Assembly: GCF_036321535.1 (NCBI RefSeq)
Contig: NC_087437.1
Location: 65,660,001-65,724,000, forward strand
Source of the DNA: Camelus dromedarius
Taxonomy: Eukaryota
Reading direction: 5' to 3'
Length of the DNA stretch: 64,000 bases
Part shown: positions 39,565 through 53,184 of the stretch, piece by piece
Position numbering within the stretch: position 1 is the stretch's first letter
How the letters are laid out: every line of letters begins with the position of its first letter
Notes under the pieces: generated by a model
Seen by the model: the letters and a program-made list of their open reading frames with translations, nothing else
Told to the model about the DNA's origin: nothing
The model's database searches: none
Position numbers and translations under genes: made by a program

Positions 39565-39795
39565 CATAATAACTATCACTTATTGAGTACCTAATATGTA
39601 CACTGCATTGGGTTAGTTACGTTTATGGATATTATTACTAATCCTCATAGTAAGAGGTATGCCTAATGAGCCCTCTTGCAGATAAGGGAAAGGTAATTGA
39701 AGCCCAGAAAGATTAAGTGATTTGTGTAAAGTAATACAGCGAAAAAGTGGCAAGACCAGAATTTGCAGTCAAATCGGGCTCCAACGCCCGTGCAA
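39565..39795 (-). mobile_element. MIR SINE
   Basis: cacttattgagtacctaatatg...gcagataagggaa...gattaagtgatttg. Confidence 0.7.
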
Positions 39796-39954
39796 CTCTA
39801 ATGCGTAACACCATGTGCATCTATTGCATTTTCATTCAGTTTGAAATGTTGGCAAAATGGATTAATTGGGGGTAAGCCTAGGACCAGGGGAACAGGAGAA
39901 TGTTCACAGTCACCCAAAGCCTGGTGTCTATAAACATAGGACACGTTCAGGAGT

Positions 39955-40473
39955 TTCTGATTTTTTTTTTCTATTGCTGCCACAACAAATTAGCACAGAC
40001 TTAGTCCCTTAACAATTCTAACTTATTATTTTATGGCTCTATGGACGTTCAGAAGTCTGGCATGGGTCTTACTGGGTCAGAATTAAGGTGTTAACAGGAC
40101 TGTGCTCCTTTCTTGTGGCTCTAGGGGAGAATCTGTTTCCTTGCCTTTTCCAACTTTAGAGGCCTCTCACATTCTTTGGCTCACAGCCTCCTTCCTTCAT
40201 CTTCAAAGCAGCAGCACAGCATCTCTTTGTCCTTGCTTTCCTAATCACACCTCTTTCTCTGACCATCTTCTTTGACATCCCTCTTCCATTTTTAAAGATC
40301 CTATGATTACATTGGATCTACCTTGACAACCCAGGATAATGTCATATCCCTATTAGCAACCTAAATTCCACCTGTAACCTCAACTTCTCTTTGCCACAGA
40401 ACCTAACATATTCACAGATTCCAGGGATGAGGATTTGTATATCTTTGGTGGGAGGGTTATTCTGCCTACTACA
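39955..40473 (-). mobile_element. MaLR solo LTR (MLT1D-like)
   Basis: ctattgctgccacaacaaatt...ggctctaggggagaatctgtttccttgccttttcc...ttattctgcctactaca. Confidence 0.85.
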
Positions 40474-40679
40474 CAGGGCTAGGCATAATGAGACATGAAT
40501 CTCATGAATCTCATAGGAAAGAGGAGGAAGATTATGAGTATAGTCAAGTGAAGTTCAAATCAAATCCAAGATGCCTATCAAAGAATTGGGAAATAAGCAA
40601 TCGAAAGTGAGCCATGTGCATGCCACTGACAGAAATCAAGCAGGTCAGCATTTAGAAATTAGGACAAAAGTTAGTAAGC

Positions 40680-41182
40680 TGTTGTGAATTGTGTCCCCCT
40701 GACCAAAATTCATGTTGAAGTCCTAACCCCAGTACCTCAGAATGTGACCTTATTTGGAAATAGGATCGGTATAGATATAACTAGTCAAAATGAGGTCATA
40801 CTTGAGTAGGGTGGGCCCCTAATCCAAAATGACAGGTGTCCCTATTTTAAAAAGCCATATGAAGAGATAGAGTCCCTATTTTAAAAAGCCACATGAAGAG
40901 ATAGACACACACACACAAGGAAGACATGTGAACATAAAGGCAGAGATCGGGGTAATGCCTCTATAAGCCAAGGAACACCAAAGAGGTCCAGCAACCCACT
41001 AGAAGCCTGGAGACATGAAACAGTTTCTCTCTCACAGCCCTCAGAAGGAACCAACTCTGCTGACATCTTGATCTCAAACTTCTAGTCTCCAGAACTGTGA
41101 GAGAATACATTTCTGTTGTTGAAGCCACTTAGTTTGTGGTACTTTGTTAGCAGCCTAGCAGCAGCACTAGGAAACAAATAGA
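40680..41182 (+). mobile_element. MaLR solo LTR (MLT1B-like)
   Basis: tgaattgtgtcccc...cctcagaatgtgaccttatttggaaatag...ccagaactgtgagagaatacatttctgttg. Confidence 0.88.
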
Positions 41183-42280
41183 TAAGCTTCAGAAAACAGA
41201 GAAACATGAGATATGGAGAAACTGACAAGAAGCTTAGTCAATTAAGTAATTAGGAAATAGGAAACGAACCCAACCAGGAACAGTCAGAACAGACATTAGG
41301 ATTAGAGGAGCCGTCAACAAATCTGACTTGATCTCAAATCAATGAGTCAGTTAAGACTTATTCCAAGACCTGGGAAGATGCAGAACCTCCAGGTGGATTT
41401 AGGAAAGAGCAGCCACTTGGGTAAGGGGAATCTGGGGACAGGAAGAAATTCAGGAGTACTGTCAGTAAGCAACACCTACCTGTGACAAATGCATGCTTCT
41501 TACAAGTGCTTGGTCAATTTATTTATTGATTCTCCATGTTACCTTGCCTACAAATGAAGGCTGCTGACAGGTTTTTGTGTAGTCACTTGTTTTAAGTATT
41601 TATTTGGTTACTCAAGGAAGTTAATTGGCTACCTTTCTCTGCTCACTTTGCAAAAGTAGCAACAGAACGTGTGGAGATAGAATAGTGGAAAAAGCAACTT
41701 GTCTCTCTTCTTTATGATTCTTTCTCTCTTATATCCATTAAGGATTCCTTTTAAAAAAAATAAACCAACTTCAGTATGCTTCCTACATATAAAAATGTGC
41801 TTGGCCATCCATCCAGGCAGCATTAGAATTGTATATTTTATTGAACAGTATTTGTGAACATTTTTTTTCATTAGAATTACATTTCTTCCTAGAATTATAC
41901 ATGCAAGAAATTGGTTTTTACCAGAAATTGGCTGTGGGGAACACAAATAAAAATATAAATAATTGGCTAGTTTGCATGTAGATGCCAACCTACAGCAGGT
42001 ACCAATATAGAGATGGATCCCCACAGAGTTAAATGTAAACAAATTTCTAGTCCTACAGGCTTCATTTCATTGCCAAGGTGGAGCAGGTGATTATGCAATA
42101 ACACCAGATAAACAGAACTTCAGTGACAATTTATATAGGTAGGACAATATGCTAATGTTGTTAAAATATAGCCTAGTGTTCTCATTCATGTATATTTGAA
42201 AGCTTATTTGTCAATGATGATCTTTCAACTCCTTAGTGAATCAAGAAAAGCCCTATTTCAATTACTATAGATTTATTTAT

Positions 42281-42348
42281 TCTCCTCTCTCTATCTCTCT
42301 CTCTGCCCCTCCCTCTCTCCTTTTCTCTTTCTATTTCCCTTTCTTCCT
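42281..42348. repeat. CT-rich low-complexity tract
   Basis: ctcctctctctctatctctctctctgcccctccctctctcc. Confidence 0.7.
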
Positions 42349-43314
42349 CAATGGTGTTTGAATAATTAGAGTAATATGCTTCTTGATTCCAGTCTCTAAG
42401 TGGGTAGAGGTTTGTTGCAACCACTGCTTCACCCTAGATTTCAAGGCCTAATCAGCAGATTAGGAAAACGCCCCAAATTTTAAATTAGAAGTCTATAAGC
42501 AAAGAAACCAAAATAGTAATTACAGTAATAATAATTAAAAACCAAATTAAGTTTTTACAGAAGTCTCTCAAAAATACCAATTTTATTAAGCGTAGCAAAA
42601 TTTCTTAAAACTTTCTCTGTCCATCTCTCTATACCTTTCACTTCCCTCAATTCTATCTCCAAACTACTTTCAAAACTCATAGTAAATCTCTTCCCCAAAC
42701 CAACCCATTCTGGATTTTACCCCAAATTCCTTTCCCTTTTGGGGCCTATTATGTTATCCTTCCAATAACCACCTTCTCTTGCCCCTATAGAGCAAGCTCT
42801 CCTGTCTGGGCCCCTTTCAATCCTCTTCTTCAACTCTCACACCGAGTCTGTATAAGAAAAGATCCATAAACTCAGATAGTGAACACATAATTCTCTTTTT
42901 GGATCAAAAGAGAAGAAGTTCTGGATATATATGGGTTCATTTTTTCCCATCATAATAAATATTACCATCACATCTCATCAAATTTAGAGTGAAACATATT
43001 TTTAGAGTCTCCTCTGGAGCCCTGTTTATGGATGAGGAGTCCTGTGGCTATCCTTCAGTCCACTGGCTCCATTCCCTCTGCATTTGTTATTTATTTTGAC
43101 CAATTGTTCTTTTAGTTCTTCAGAACTTTTGGGTAGCCAAAGTGTGGTAGCTTGTTTAGATTGCTCATTTGCATTGTATTTATGAACTCTGTCTGAGATC
43201 AGAAATTACACAGCCTACTCACTGCCACCCCTCTCTCCCATGTTCATGGTAACCTCACTAATGGATTATTACATATTGAGCTCAGTGAAGAAACTCAACA
43301 CACTATTCCAGACC

Positions 43315-43490
43315 AGTTGTTCTCCAACACTGGTGTGCGTCAGAATCACCAGGAGGACTTATTACAATAGAGATTACTTCAGAGCTTCTGATGCAGTAGT
43401 TTTGGGGTAAGAATCAAAGATCTGCATTTCTAACAAGTTGCCAGATGATGCCAATCTTGTTGGTTGGTGGACCACACTCTTAGAAACACT
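43315..43490. mobile_element. MER5A-like MITE
   Basis: cagttgttctccaa...tcagaatcacc...atctgcatttctaacaagttgccagatgatgc...ggaccacact. Confidence 0.8.
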
Positions 43491-44454
43491 ATTTCAGTTA
43501 ATTACTACCATCACCAAACAGAGTTGGCTCATGAGATGAAACCTATTTTCTATCCCTTGTTAGGATACCTCATCTCCACTGGTCTTCAGAAGGCAGGTAA
43601 TATTTATCCAGAACAGATGATAACCCTTAACAGTTCATATTCCAGGTGTTCTATAAAAGCTCTCCTACCTTTGATTCAGAAAACTTCTGGTTTCTCCTTC
43701 TAAGATGCTTCTACTCAGCATCATGTATTCTCCATCACAAGTCCTTTGTCTTGGACTTAGTTTCAGCTTTTTATACTATGCCTTTGGACTTAATGTTATG
43801 GATTACCAAGCTAATTTCCAATCTCACCTTTGATCAGAAGAAAACAGTGAATGGGGCATCTGCCTACCTTAGAAGGTAATTTGGACAGGAATCACAAAGT
43901 TTTCTAATGAGGTGGTGGGAGAGTACAGTACAAACAGGACCCGTATTGACTAAAAAAAGTTTTGCTGGACTTTGCTTGGTTCTGTCCTATCAATGTAGAA
44001 AACAAACTAAGTGGTTAAAACTTAGAAAACTAAATGTGTCACTCTTGCAGGGAGGAAGGAAATAAAGGGAAACACCCAAAGTTAGAGGGAATACTAAAGA
44101 AGCAATTAATGTCTTCTCTCTGATAAGCTCCAAATAGATATTTGAGGGCTTTTAATACTGCTCTCAAGCACAGATGTGCCTTGAGGTCTACCCACCCACA
44201 CAGATGCATGTACTCAAGGAATGATCTTAAAAAAGAAAAACAACAAATACACAGTTAAACAGACAAGGGATCTAACACCTACTGAGTGCCCACTTTGTGC
44301 CAGACTGCTAAACAGACACAATTCAAGTAGAGGCCAGACATTCACAGACCTGTGAAATGGCTGTAAACATCTACTGAATACAATTAAATAATCACCTAGT
44401 GGTTATCATTTACCATACTTGAAGCCAAACCTCACACACAGTGTAATCCAGAGA

Positions 44455-44770
44455 TGACTCAACAACATTCAACAAATATTTATTGAGAACTGAGTTGGCA
44501 GATATCAGATAAGACAAAAAAAAAATACTGCCTTTATGGAGCTTATATTCCAGCTGGAGGAGACAGACAATAAGCCAGAAATGTAATAAGTAAATAAATT
44601 AATTGTATAGTATGTAAGACAGTGATGGGTGCAATGGAGTGAAGAAAACAAGCTGAGCAGGATACAGGGAATCAGGAGCTCCAGAGACTGGGGATGAGTT
44701 ACAGTTTTATATGGGTCACAGGTAGATCTCATTGAAAATGCGTCATTTGAGCCAAGATTTGAAGGAGGAT
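44455..44770 (-). mobile_element. L2 3' end
   Basis: cattcaacaaatatttattgag...tggagcttatattccagctggaggagacagacaataa. Confidence 0.8.
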
Positions 44771-45074
44771 CTCCAACGTTGGTAACTTCCTCAGGTAACT
44801 TCTACCTTCACTGCATTTGTACCGCTGGCTGAATTTACTGATGGCACCAGCAAATCTCTGCTGGTTGGGAATGCATGTTTGGTTCACCATGGATCTTTGC
44901 ACAAGAAGACTGATTTAAACACCTACAAGCTCCAGGAAGAAACTGGCCTGGTTTTGTGTAAATGAAGCACTTGTTGCTTCCCCATCCAGACCTTGAGATT
45001 TTCAAACTATTGCTTCTTCAAACTGTCAACTTATGCTGGTTTGATATATTCTTTTGCATTTTATTATCATAAAT

Positions 45075-45300
45075 AATGATAGTAGGAGTTTATTGGGTAG
45101 CAAGCTAAGTATCAAGCTCAGTATTGAGCACTGTATATACATTATCTCATTTAATTCTCACAATTCCATGAAATAGGGAATGTTATTACTTCCATTTTAC
45201 AGATAAGAAAACTAAAGCTTAGGCAGATTAAGTAATTTATTCAATGTCACACAGATGATAAGTGCCAGAGTCAGGACTCAAGTCTGATTCCAGAGTCATT
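45075..45300 (-). mobile_element. MIR SINE
   Basis: ccattttacagataagaaaactaaagcttaggcagattaagtaa. Confidence 0.85.
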
Positions 45301-45539
45301 TTAGCCTCTATTTAGTAAATAAATTTAGTATTGAATTAAATGCATTTTTTCAATAGAAACTTTAAAACGTATGGTAAAGATCATCTAATTCAATGGTTTT
45401 TTGAAGATATTGCTTCAGCCACTTGAGTAATTCACACTCACAAAAAATGTGACATTTGTTCTTATAATGCTTCTGATTGATCCAATGTTGTGGTTTTCCA
45501 AATTTTATTTAGCAGTAGACTCCTTTACTAAACAAGATC

Positions 45540-46030
45540 TTTCAGTAAGAGTCCTGGCATGGAAAACTCAAACACAGATGGAAAACTCAAAAAGGGTAAG
45601 TGAAGAGAGTTTTATGAAGGGACTTATTCACAGAAGTCTTGGTGTGGAAAAGAGAAACCAGCAAAGGATGGGAAAAAATAACACAGGGCTAGCCACAGAG
45701 GGATGGCATGGCCACCTCTACACCTGAAGGGGAAAGTGTGTGGGCAGAGTTGTTACCAGAACCTGGCACCACCAGGTAGGAGCTGTGAACTTTAATAGAG
45801 GAATGTAGCCATTGCTAAACCACAACCTAGAAGGGAAGGAGTCAGAGGAATAAATACGCCTGATTCTCTCTCCTCTGCCCTCCAATCTCCTGCTGCTCCT
45901 CCCATTATTTGAATCCAGCTAAGAGGACAAGGAACCCAAAGAACTCAGTCCATAGAAGTCAGCTTCCTGGGGGAAAAGAGCAAGATGGAGAAGAGCAGAG
46001 AATGGATTTAAACAGGCAAACAAATATACA
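45540..46030 (-). mobile_element. ERVL-type solo LTR (LTR33/LTR41-like)
   Basis: ctcaaaagggtaagtgaagagagttttatgaagggact...ctccaatctcctgctgctcctcccatt. Confidence 0.55.
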
Positions 46031-47389
46031 AAATCTGGTGCAAAACCAAATATGCAAAACTCATAAAGCAGAGGTTCTCTTGCTGAACTGGGGCAGGGAC
46101 AGGGGTTCAGAGCCTGCCAGCTTGCCTCTCTACTCTCACTCACTGTAACCACAGCAATCTCTAGGGCACATCTATCGAACCCTAGTGCTCTGCTCCCTAT
46201 GTTATAAATATCTTAGTCACAATCAACAGATCTGTGTGCTTTGCAAAAATATAATATGTATGTAGATAAGATAACTTGGATGGACTTACCATAGGACAAT
46301 GAAAGGCACCAGACATATTCCTGAAGGTTCAGGGTCCCAGGCTCTGAAAAGAATAGTCTGATTGCACACATATACTGGGGACAGGGTCCTGAATCTGGGC
46401 ACCTGAGAGCTGAATGAAATGTCTATAGGATGTGGATGAGGATCCAGCTGAAGACCCTCAGATACCCCTGGATGGCTTTGGGTTTGTAGGCTAAGGGGCT
46501 TCCGTTGAGTAGCCTCATCTATTATTAAGTAGAATCCTCCCAAAGGGATTCACATGTCAGTTTCATTGTCCATCAGACTAGAGAGAGGACTTTCTATCCA
46601 AATACACTGAAATATGTAGTTGTTCACAAGGACAAATAAGGAGATGAATGAGAGGGGAGGCAGGAGTAAAGAAAGGTACAGGATTGCTGGGAAGAGGGTT
46701 AGGTAGACAAGAGAACTGATTCATCAGAAAAGTGACCACAGAGTGCCCACACAAAATCTAATGCCGTTGCTGGCAGCTGAGAAGCAATACCCTCCAAATG
46801 TGCTCTGAAGTCTGAATCACAGCCTGGCCTCCTCAGCGGGGGCTGCTGCAGGTCCGTCAGTCACTGGGCAGAGCTCCTGAGCACACCCTCTGCTGCTATG
46901 CAGAGAAGTCTGACTAGGGAAGCCAAAACTAGGATGGAGATGGGTGGGGGTGGAGAGGCGCCAGCACACAGGAGCCAGACAGCCAGATATTCTGTCACTG
47001 GTTCTGCTGCTCAAATCTCTTGGTTCACCGGAGAGGAGATTTGGGGGGTAGGGGTTGTTTTTAATCTCAGTAGCTACAGGGGACTTCACAGGGAACAAAA
47101 ATAAGATGAGTAGAGGAGAAAAGCCCAGCTGTTCCTTCCTTTCTGAGGAGTCTCCAAATCTCTTATTTTATTATGTGATGATGCAGCTGCCCAGCCAGAA
47201 GAGCAGGGATTACCTCTGGGATGGGCACAGGTACAGAGCAAGGCGGTATGACGTGCAGCCTCAACCTACCTTATACCCCCTCCAGGCTACTGCCCATGGC
47301 CTCACCCTGTCACTGCGTGTCTCTCCTCTAGGTTGGCGAGCTTTATATTTCTAATATAAAACATTTGTCACATATGAGATAGACGCTAC

Positions 47390-47575
47390 TAATTTTACAT
47401 ACATTACCACATTGAGTCCTCAAAGTAACATTATGAGGTAGGTACTATTGTTACCGTATATCTATTCAGATGGGGACCTTAGGACTCAGGAAGGTCAAGA
47501 ACCTCAGTAAATAAATGGCAGGCTGGAGACTGAGCCTCAGTAGCCTGATCTCAGTATCTGTGCATTGGACCATTC
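47390..47575 (-). mobile_element. MIR SINE
   Basis: tatgaggtaggtactattg...cagatggggacc. Confidence 0.6.
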
Positions 47576-48679
47576 TGTCTTGTCCTTACGTGGTTATTGC
47601 TTTGCTGCTCCTGTTCTCTGAGCCAGCCAGGCCTCCGTTCTTCTGACCCTGGACTGATCACTTAATCTCGGACTTCCAGTTATTTCCTCTGTCACAGATG
47701 CTGAGAAGGGAAGGCTAGATCCACCTCACCCAGCTTCTCTCTCCTAATGAGAGCCAGTTGGAGGGCTACCCAGGAGGGCAGCCAGTCCTGGGTCAGTGAG
47801 GGAAGAAGCACCCCAGGCCTCTTCCTGGACAGCCAACCCACGTCAGCTTAGAAGCCCATTTTCAGATCCTAATCTTGAGTGCAGAACCCTGCCAGAAATG
47901 TTCCACTGCTTCCAGAAAGCCTCCCCAGCCCTCTGAGAAGAAAGAGGAAGCCGGGCCCTTAGCCTGAATCGATGGCAGTGCCCATAGAAGCAATGGACCC
48001 GTGGCGGAACTGACTCAGAGAGAAGAGGACAGTGAGTCACACCCCAGAATCACCCATCAAGTATTTTCAGAGGATTAAGAATGATTTAAATACTCACATA
48101 CAGAAATTCGATTATAATTCAGAAAGCTACTAAAATTTTTCTTGATTAAAATAATACATGGGTTTAGATAAAGCCTTTCAATCAGTTATTCATAACACTT
48201 GAAATTGCTGAAGTAAATGAAAAACTCAGGCATCTATTTAGAGATTCTTGAAAAAAATTAGACTATGTAGTCATGTTACACGTGTACATTTTAGCATTTA
48301 TAGGAATAGATTTTAAATTGTTTGCTTTCTATATATATCATGGAACTTCATGCTTCAATTCTATATTTTCTGCCTTCTTTCTTTTCTAAGTGTTCTGGTA
48401 TATTTGGCCTATGCATATACGTACATATGTACTCACTCATATATAAATGAAAATATTATTTTAAAAAGATTCAAAAGAAAGTTTACATGAATCACAGAAG
48501 CAGCTACTTTGCCACCTTTTTTTCCTTCTCTACTTTGCCCCTCTGTACAGTATGGACTTTGTCCTCTGCTCTAAAGAATAAAAGGATATGTGGAATTACA
48601 TACATTTTGGCAAATATCACTGGTTAATCACGGTTTTAGTCGCTGAAGCTTAATCTCAGCCTTAGAAGTCATTTTGTCC

Positions 48680-49085
48680 TTTGTATTAGGGCATGCCTGG
48701 TTGTCGGGAAGAGAAATCTACTTAAAACAACTCAAGTAAAGGGGGATGTGGAGTTTCTTAGAAAGATACTTATCTACAAACTGAGAGGCCTCTGAGGAAC
48801 CAAATCAAGAAACCTCCGCAACAGTCATTCTCAGTTTTCAATCTAGGAGTCCACCATAAACAGTATTCAACTGCCAGTGCCCTTAGCTTCTAGGCTTCTT
48901 GGTTCTTAATGACACAGAGGGGGGTGGGGAGAGAGAGAGAGAGAGAGAGGGAGGGAGCAGCTGATTGGTCAGCCTGGCCTCGACATCATCTCTGTTTGGG
49001 TCAGATGACTACTTCTCCTGTGGTCACTGTAGCCAGCATGGGGCAGCATTACTTGCTACCAAAAGGCCCCCAGGGCTGTACTGCA
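48680..49085 (-). mobile_element. Old MaLR LTR-like remnant with (GA)n microsatellite at ~48928-48948
   Basis: tgtattagggc...ggttg...agaaatctacttaaaac; ctgattggtcagcctgg. Confidence 0.4.
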
Positions 49086-49442
49086 GATTCTCTCAGTACA
49101 TTTAAGTGTGCGTGAGTGCATGTTTGAAGTCAAATGGGAGAGGAGAGAGAGAGGAAGTGAAAAATACCCATTTCTAATGTATTCATTGAGGGAAATCTAA
49201 AATGGATGGAAAATACCTTTATTCAAGGTTTTTGACAGGTTCCTGTTGTTTGTTCAAACCCTGGGTTTCTATGAGGCCTTTCCAGGGTATTCTTATTTTA
49301 AACTTGGGTCACACACTGTATATTAAAGTATCTGTTCTCTGGTCCCTAAACTGCACCAAGCCCTGGGGCATCCAGTCATGAAAAATAATACATAACGGCA
49401 GCTTACAACTCACCAACAGATTGTGTCCTATGAGTTTATCGG

Positions 49443-49850
49443 CATATTAGTTTTCTAGGGTGGCCATAACGTACAACATAACCTCGGCTGGGTGGCTGAA
49501 ACTACAGAAATTTATTTTCTCACAGTTTTAGAGGCTAGAAGTCTGAGATTAAGATGTCATCAGAGTTGCTTTGTTATGGGCTTTCTCCTTGGCTTGGAGA
49601 TGGCAATTTTTTCCCCTATATTTTCACCTGGTCTTCCCTCTGTGTATAAGTATCTGTGTCCTAAGGTCCTCTTCTCATAAGGATATCCGTCACAATGGTT
49701 AGGGCCTAACCTAATAACCTCATTTTAACTTAACTACCTCTTTGAAGACCCTATGTCCTAATACAGTCACATGCTGAAGACTGGGGGGTGGGGCAGGGAT
49801 TAGGGCTTCAACACGTGAGTTTTGGGGCAAACACGATTCAGCCTATAACA
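49443..49850 (-). mobile_element. MaLR solo LTR (MLT1A/B-like)
   Basis: tattagttttctagggtggccataac...cagaaatttattttctcacagttttagaggctagaagtc...gattcagcctataaca. Confidence 0.85.
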
Positions 49851-49899
49851 ATTACTAAGTCAATTATTTGGAATTGAGAATAAAGGACACATTTTGCTA

Positions 49900-50720
49900 T
49901 CTCTCACTCAGACAGTAGCCTCCTACCTGGTGTTGTCACTTTGCCACACTATGATAAATCTCAGAGAGCCACCAGATTGATCCTTTTGTAAATGGATTGA
50001 TCCTTTTCTAAATGACTAATCTGATTTTGTCATTTCCTGCTTGGAGGACTTCTCTAGCTCTGCAAAACTTTGGTATAAAGTCCAAATGCCTCCTACAGCA
50101 TGTGCAGCTTCTCACAATAAGCTGCAGCCAGCCTTCCCAGCCTCACCTCCAGGGACCCTTCCACCCCATGTACATGATGCCTGGACCACTGACTGGTAGC
50201 ATGTTGAGAAATTTCTGCATTCTGTATTTTATGTTCTTAATTATTCTGTATGTTTAAACAAATTTCATAGTACTTTAAATATGGAGATGATCCCACATTA
50301 TTGCTTTCTATCATTCATTACCTGTATATTGATTTCAATTACTTTGTAAGTTAAACAGGATTTTGCCCTAGTCTAGGAACCTAATCTATTGTTTCTGATT
50401 AGTTTCATAAATATTTGGGAGGCACCTAACATAGGTCAGGCACTCTCAACATTTACCACATAAAGATAAAAAGTGAAGTCACTGATTTTAGGAAGTTCAC
50501 AGACCAGCTGGGAAAAGAGATAGGCAGGTAAACAAATAACTAATAGAGTGTGAGAAGGACAGGAATAGAAATGTCGCTGCAGTATTCTAGGAATGCAAGA
50601 TAGACCAATTTTACACTGAGGGGGTCAGAGAGAACTACAGAGAGGAGAGGTGATATTTGACCTGGGAACTTGATAAGAGGGAGGAGGGAATTTCATGCAT
50701 AGAGCAGCAAAAGCAAATCA
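49900..50720. mobile_element. L2 fragments (+ ~49900-50150; - ~50405-50720)
   Basis: agtagcctcctacctgg...ataaagtccaaatgcc; aaatatttgggaggcaccta...ggtgatatttgacctg. Confidence 0.55.
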
Positions 50721-51059
50721 TATTCAGACACCTGCCAGGACATCAGCCAGCCCTGAGCCACTATCCCTTTTCTCTGAGAAACTGCAGCTAAGGATTGAGT
50801 AAATTTTCTTTTGAACTTTCAAAACCCTAAGCATCTAATCATATCCCCTCTTCTCTAGACAGTCACTGTTGAGTTCAGTCTCCAGGGCTCCTATACACCT
50901 GCCTGTCTCAAAGAAACCACCTTCAGGTTCCAAGGTAATTGCCCTTCTAAAAGAGAGTCCTAAAGTGATTCCAAGATGCTTCATGGTCCCTCTCTTTCTA
51001 GAAAAAGAAACAATCTCTGGAAAGTTTCCCTGTTACTTATGATCATTCCTTTTCAGAAC

Positions 51060-51235
51060 ATTGGTTCTCATCTTGACTGTTAAGTTAAATTTTTCTAGGC
51101 AGATTTTAGAAATTCCAGTGCCCAGACAGCACCCTAGACTAATTAAATCAGAATTCCTGAGAATAGGACTCAGACATCCATATTTTTAAAGCTCCCCAGA
51201 TGATTTCAATGTGAAGCCAAGGTTGAAAATCACAG
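51060..51235. mobile_element. MER5-like MITE
   Basis: tggttctcatcttgactg...aattaaatcagaat...aaagctccccagatgatttcaatgtgaagccaaggttgaaaatcac. Confidence 0.8.
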
Positions 51236-53184
51236 ATTCAGAATTCCTGGGGGTTTTCCCTGTTAGTACAGACATTTATCATAACTCTCAAACTTCTCTG
51301 GCAAGATTAGGATTACTTATTGGTTCAGAAATGGAATGGAAAAACATTGCTTTTATTCATCCGCAAGGTAAAATCTGTCTCCCTGTTTTGGTTTATCTCA
51401 GTCACATACTCTCCCTACTTTGTCTCAGTGTTCTTCTCTCTGATGTGTGTGTGTCTTTCTCTCAGGCTCATGGCCTCAGGTGGGGAGACAGGTTTTGGCC
51501 AAGTGATTTTAAGAAAAAGATCTGCAGCCAATCCCACCTCTGGTTCATTGCTTCTATAACTGGATGTCCCCTTAGTTTAAGGATGCAGACTCCTGTGTCT
51601 TTACCCAACTCAAAGGTATTCTTTGGAACTGGATCTGTGCAATTGCCTCTTTCTGTGTGGCCTGGTCTCAGGCCCTGACCCATAGGCTGAAATCAGGAAC
51701 AGTGAAGGCCTTTTATTGGTTAATCCTCCCAATGTGCTGATGAGGGAGGGGATGAGGAGAATGGAGAGGTCCTGACCCCAGAAGAGAAGGGAGGAACTTC
51801 AGGTTAAGAGAAGGTGGACAATCAACCATCATCCTGAGACATGAGGCCTGATCTGGGTCCCCCTTTCTTCCTGATTTGAGAGGAGAGATTTGAGAAAGCA
51901 GAGTGCATTGGGGTGGGCAGAGGAGAGAAGAGGGAGCCAATCAGTCAGCCCACCAGCAAGTCAGCAGGAGAGCGGGGAAGGGAGAAGATCAGAGCCCCAG
52001 CCATCATGGTGACAGTGACAAGAAAATGAAGCCCAGACCAGGCGAGAGTCTGATGCTGCAGTCCACTGAGTCAGAAAGAACTGATTTCTCATCAAATTAA
52101 CCAGCTAATGCCTGTGGATAAAGCATCCCACACAAGTGTTGGCTCTAGCTGGGCTGCTCATTTGTCAGTACCAAAGTGACATCATGTAAATTCACAGGCA
52201 GATGCCAAACTTGATGAAAACTCATGATTCACTCCATGTCTATTGGGCAGACATAGCTAACTGGATGACCTCTAAGGCCCCTTCTGGCTCTTTAATTCTA
52301 GGATTCTGTGATCTAAAGTGATTGCCATGAACCTGGCATGTCCCAGAAAGTGCACTTGGGAGAATTTCCAAGGAGCTTTGTGTCCAGGTGCCAGTGTGTT
52401 TTATGTGAAAAATGAGGAGTTCACCATGCCAAGAGGCAATTTCCAACAGAGGAATGACGGCTTATGTGTGCCCAGTCTTCCTAAACAGACCTCACAACAG
52501 TATATAAACAGAGGGCCATTGTCTCTGTTCAGTCCCTACCCAGGCAAGGAGATTTTTTTCTGGCAGAGATCTGGCTCTTCTTTCTGGTAGCCCATAGACA
52601 GTACTCCCTTAGGACCATGTTATAGAAGGCATACCCACCTCCTGCTGCTATTAGCAATCTGTCCACCCTTCTGTGGCTTTCTAAGCTTTACTTATTCAAA
52701 GGCACTGTGGGGGTCTTGGTCTTTATTTCTCATCCCTCCAGGCAGTAAGCATTGTGCCAGTTCCTTCTGGACTGAGAACTAGAGTCAGTAGAGAATTCAG
52801 CGGAAATAGGAGCCTTGCAAGGATGGAGGCAGACCATGTGTTCCCCCCACGTGCGTAACAGGTCTCTGTTCTCATGCTGAGGTAGCAGCTGCGGCACTGC
52901 GGCCTCCCCCCACCAGACCCTTGCCTCGTTCTCTTTTTAATCACTTCTTCTGGCTGATCTTCTCGCTGCCAACAATAATTCATAATGATTTCACATATAA
53001 TGCTCCACTCATCATGGTGCAAGATAAACAGTGAAATTATAATAACAAGGATAAATAGAAAATACTGCTTACACAATTCTTTGTCTGCATGTGAAAATCA
53101 GGGGAAAGATGATATATTTCACTTCTAACCATAAGCTGGGAGCATTGGTAGAGTTTGGCTTCTAATCATTTGTTTTCTTTTAAG

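Noticed and set aside
52723..53076. 117-aa minus-strand ORF with a hydrophobic N-terminus
   Set aside because: Non-ATG start, no recognisable domain, and the hydrophobicity is explained by T-rich sequence.
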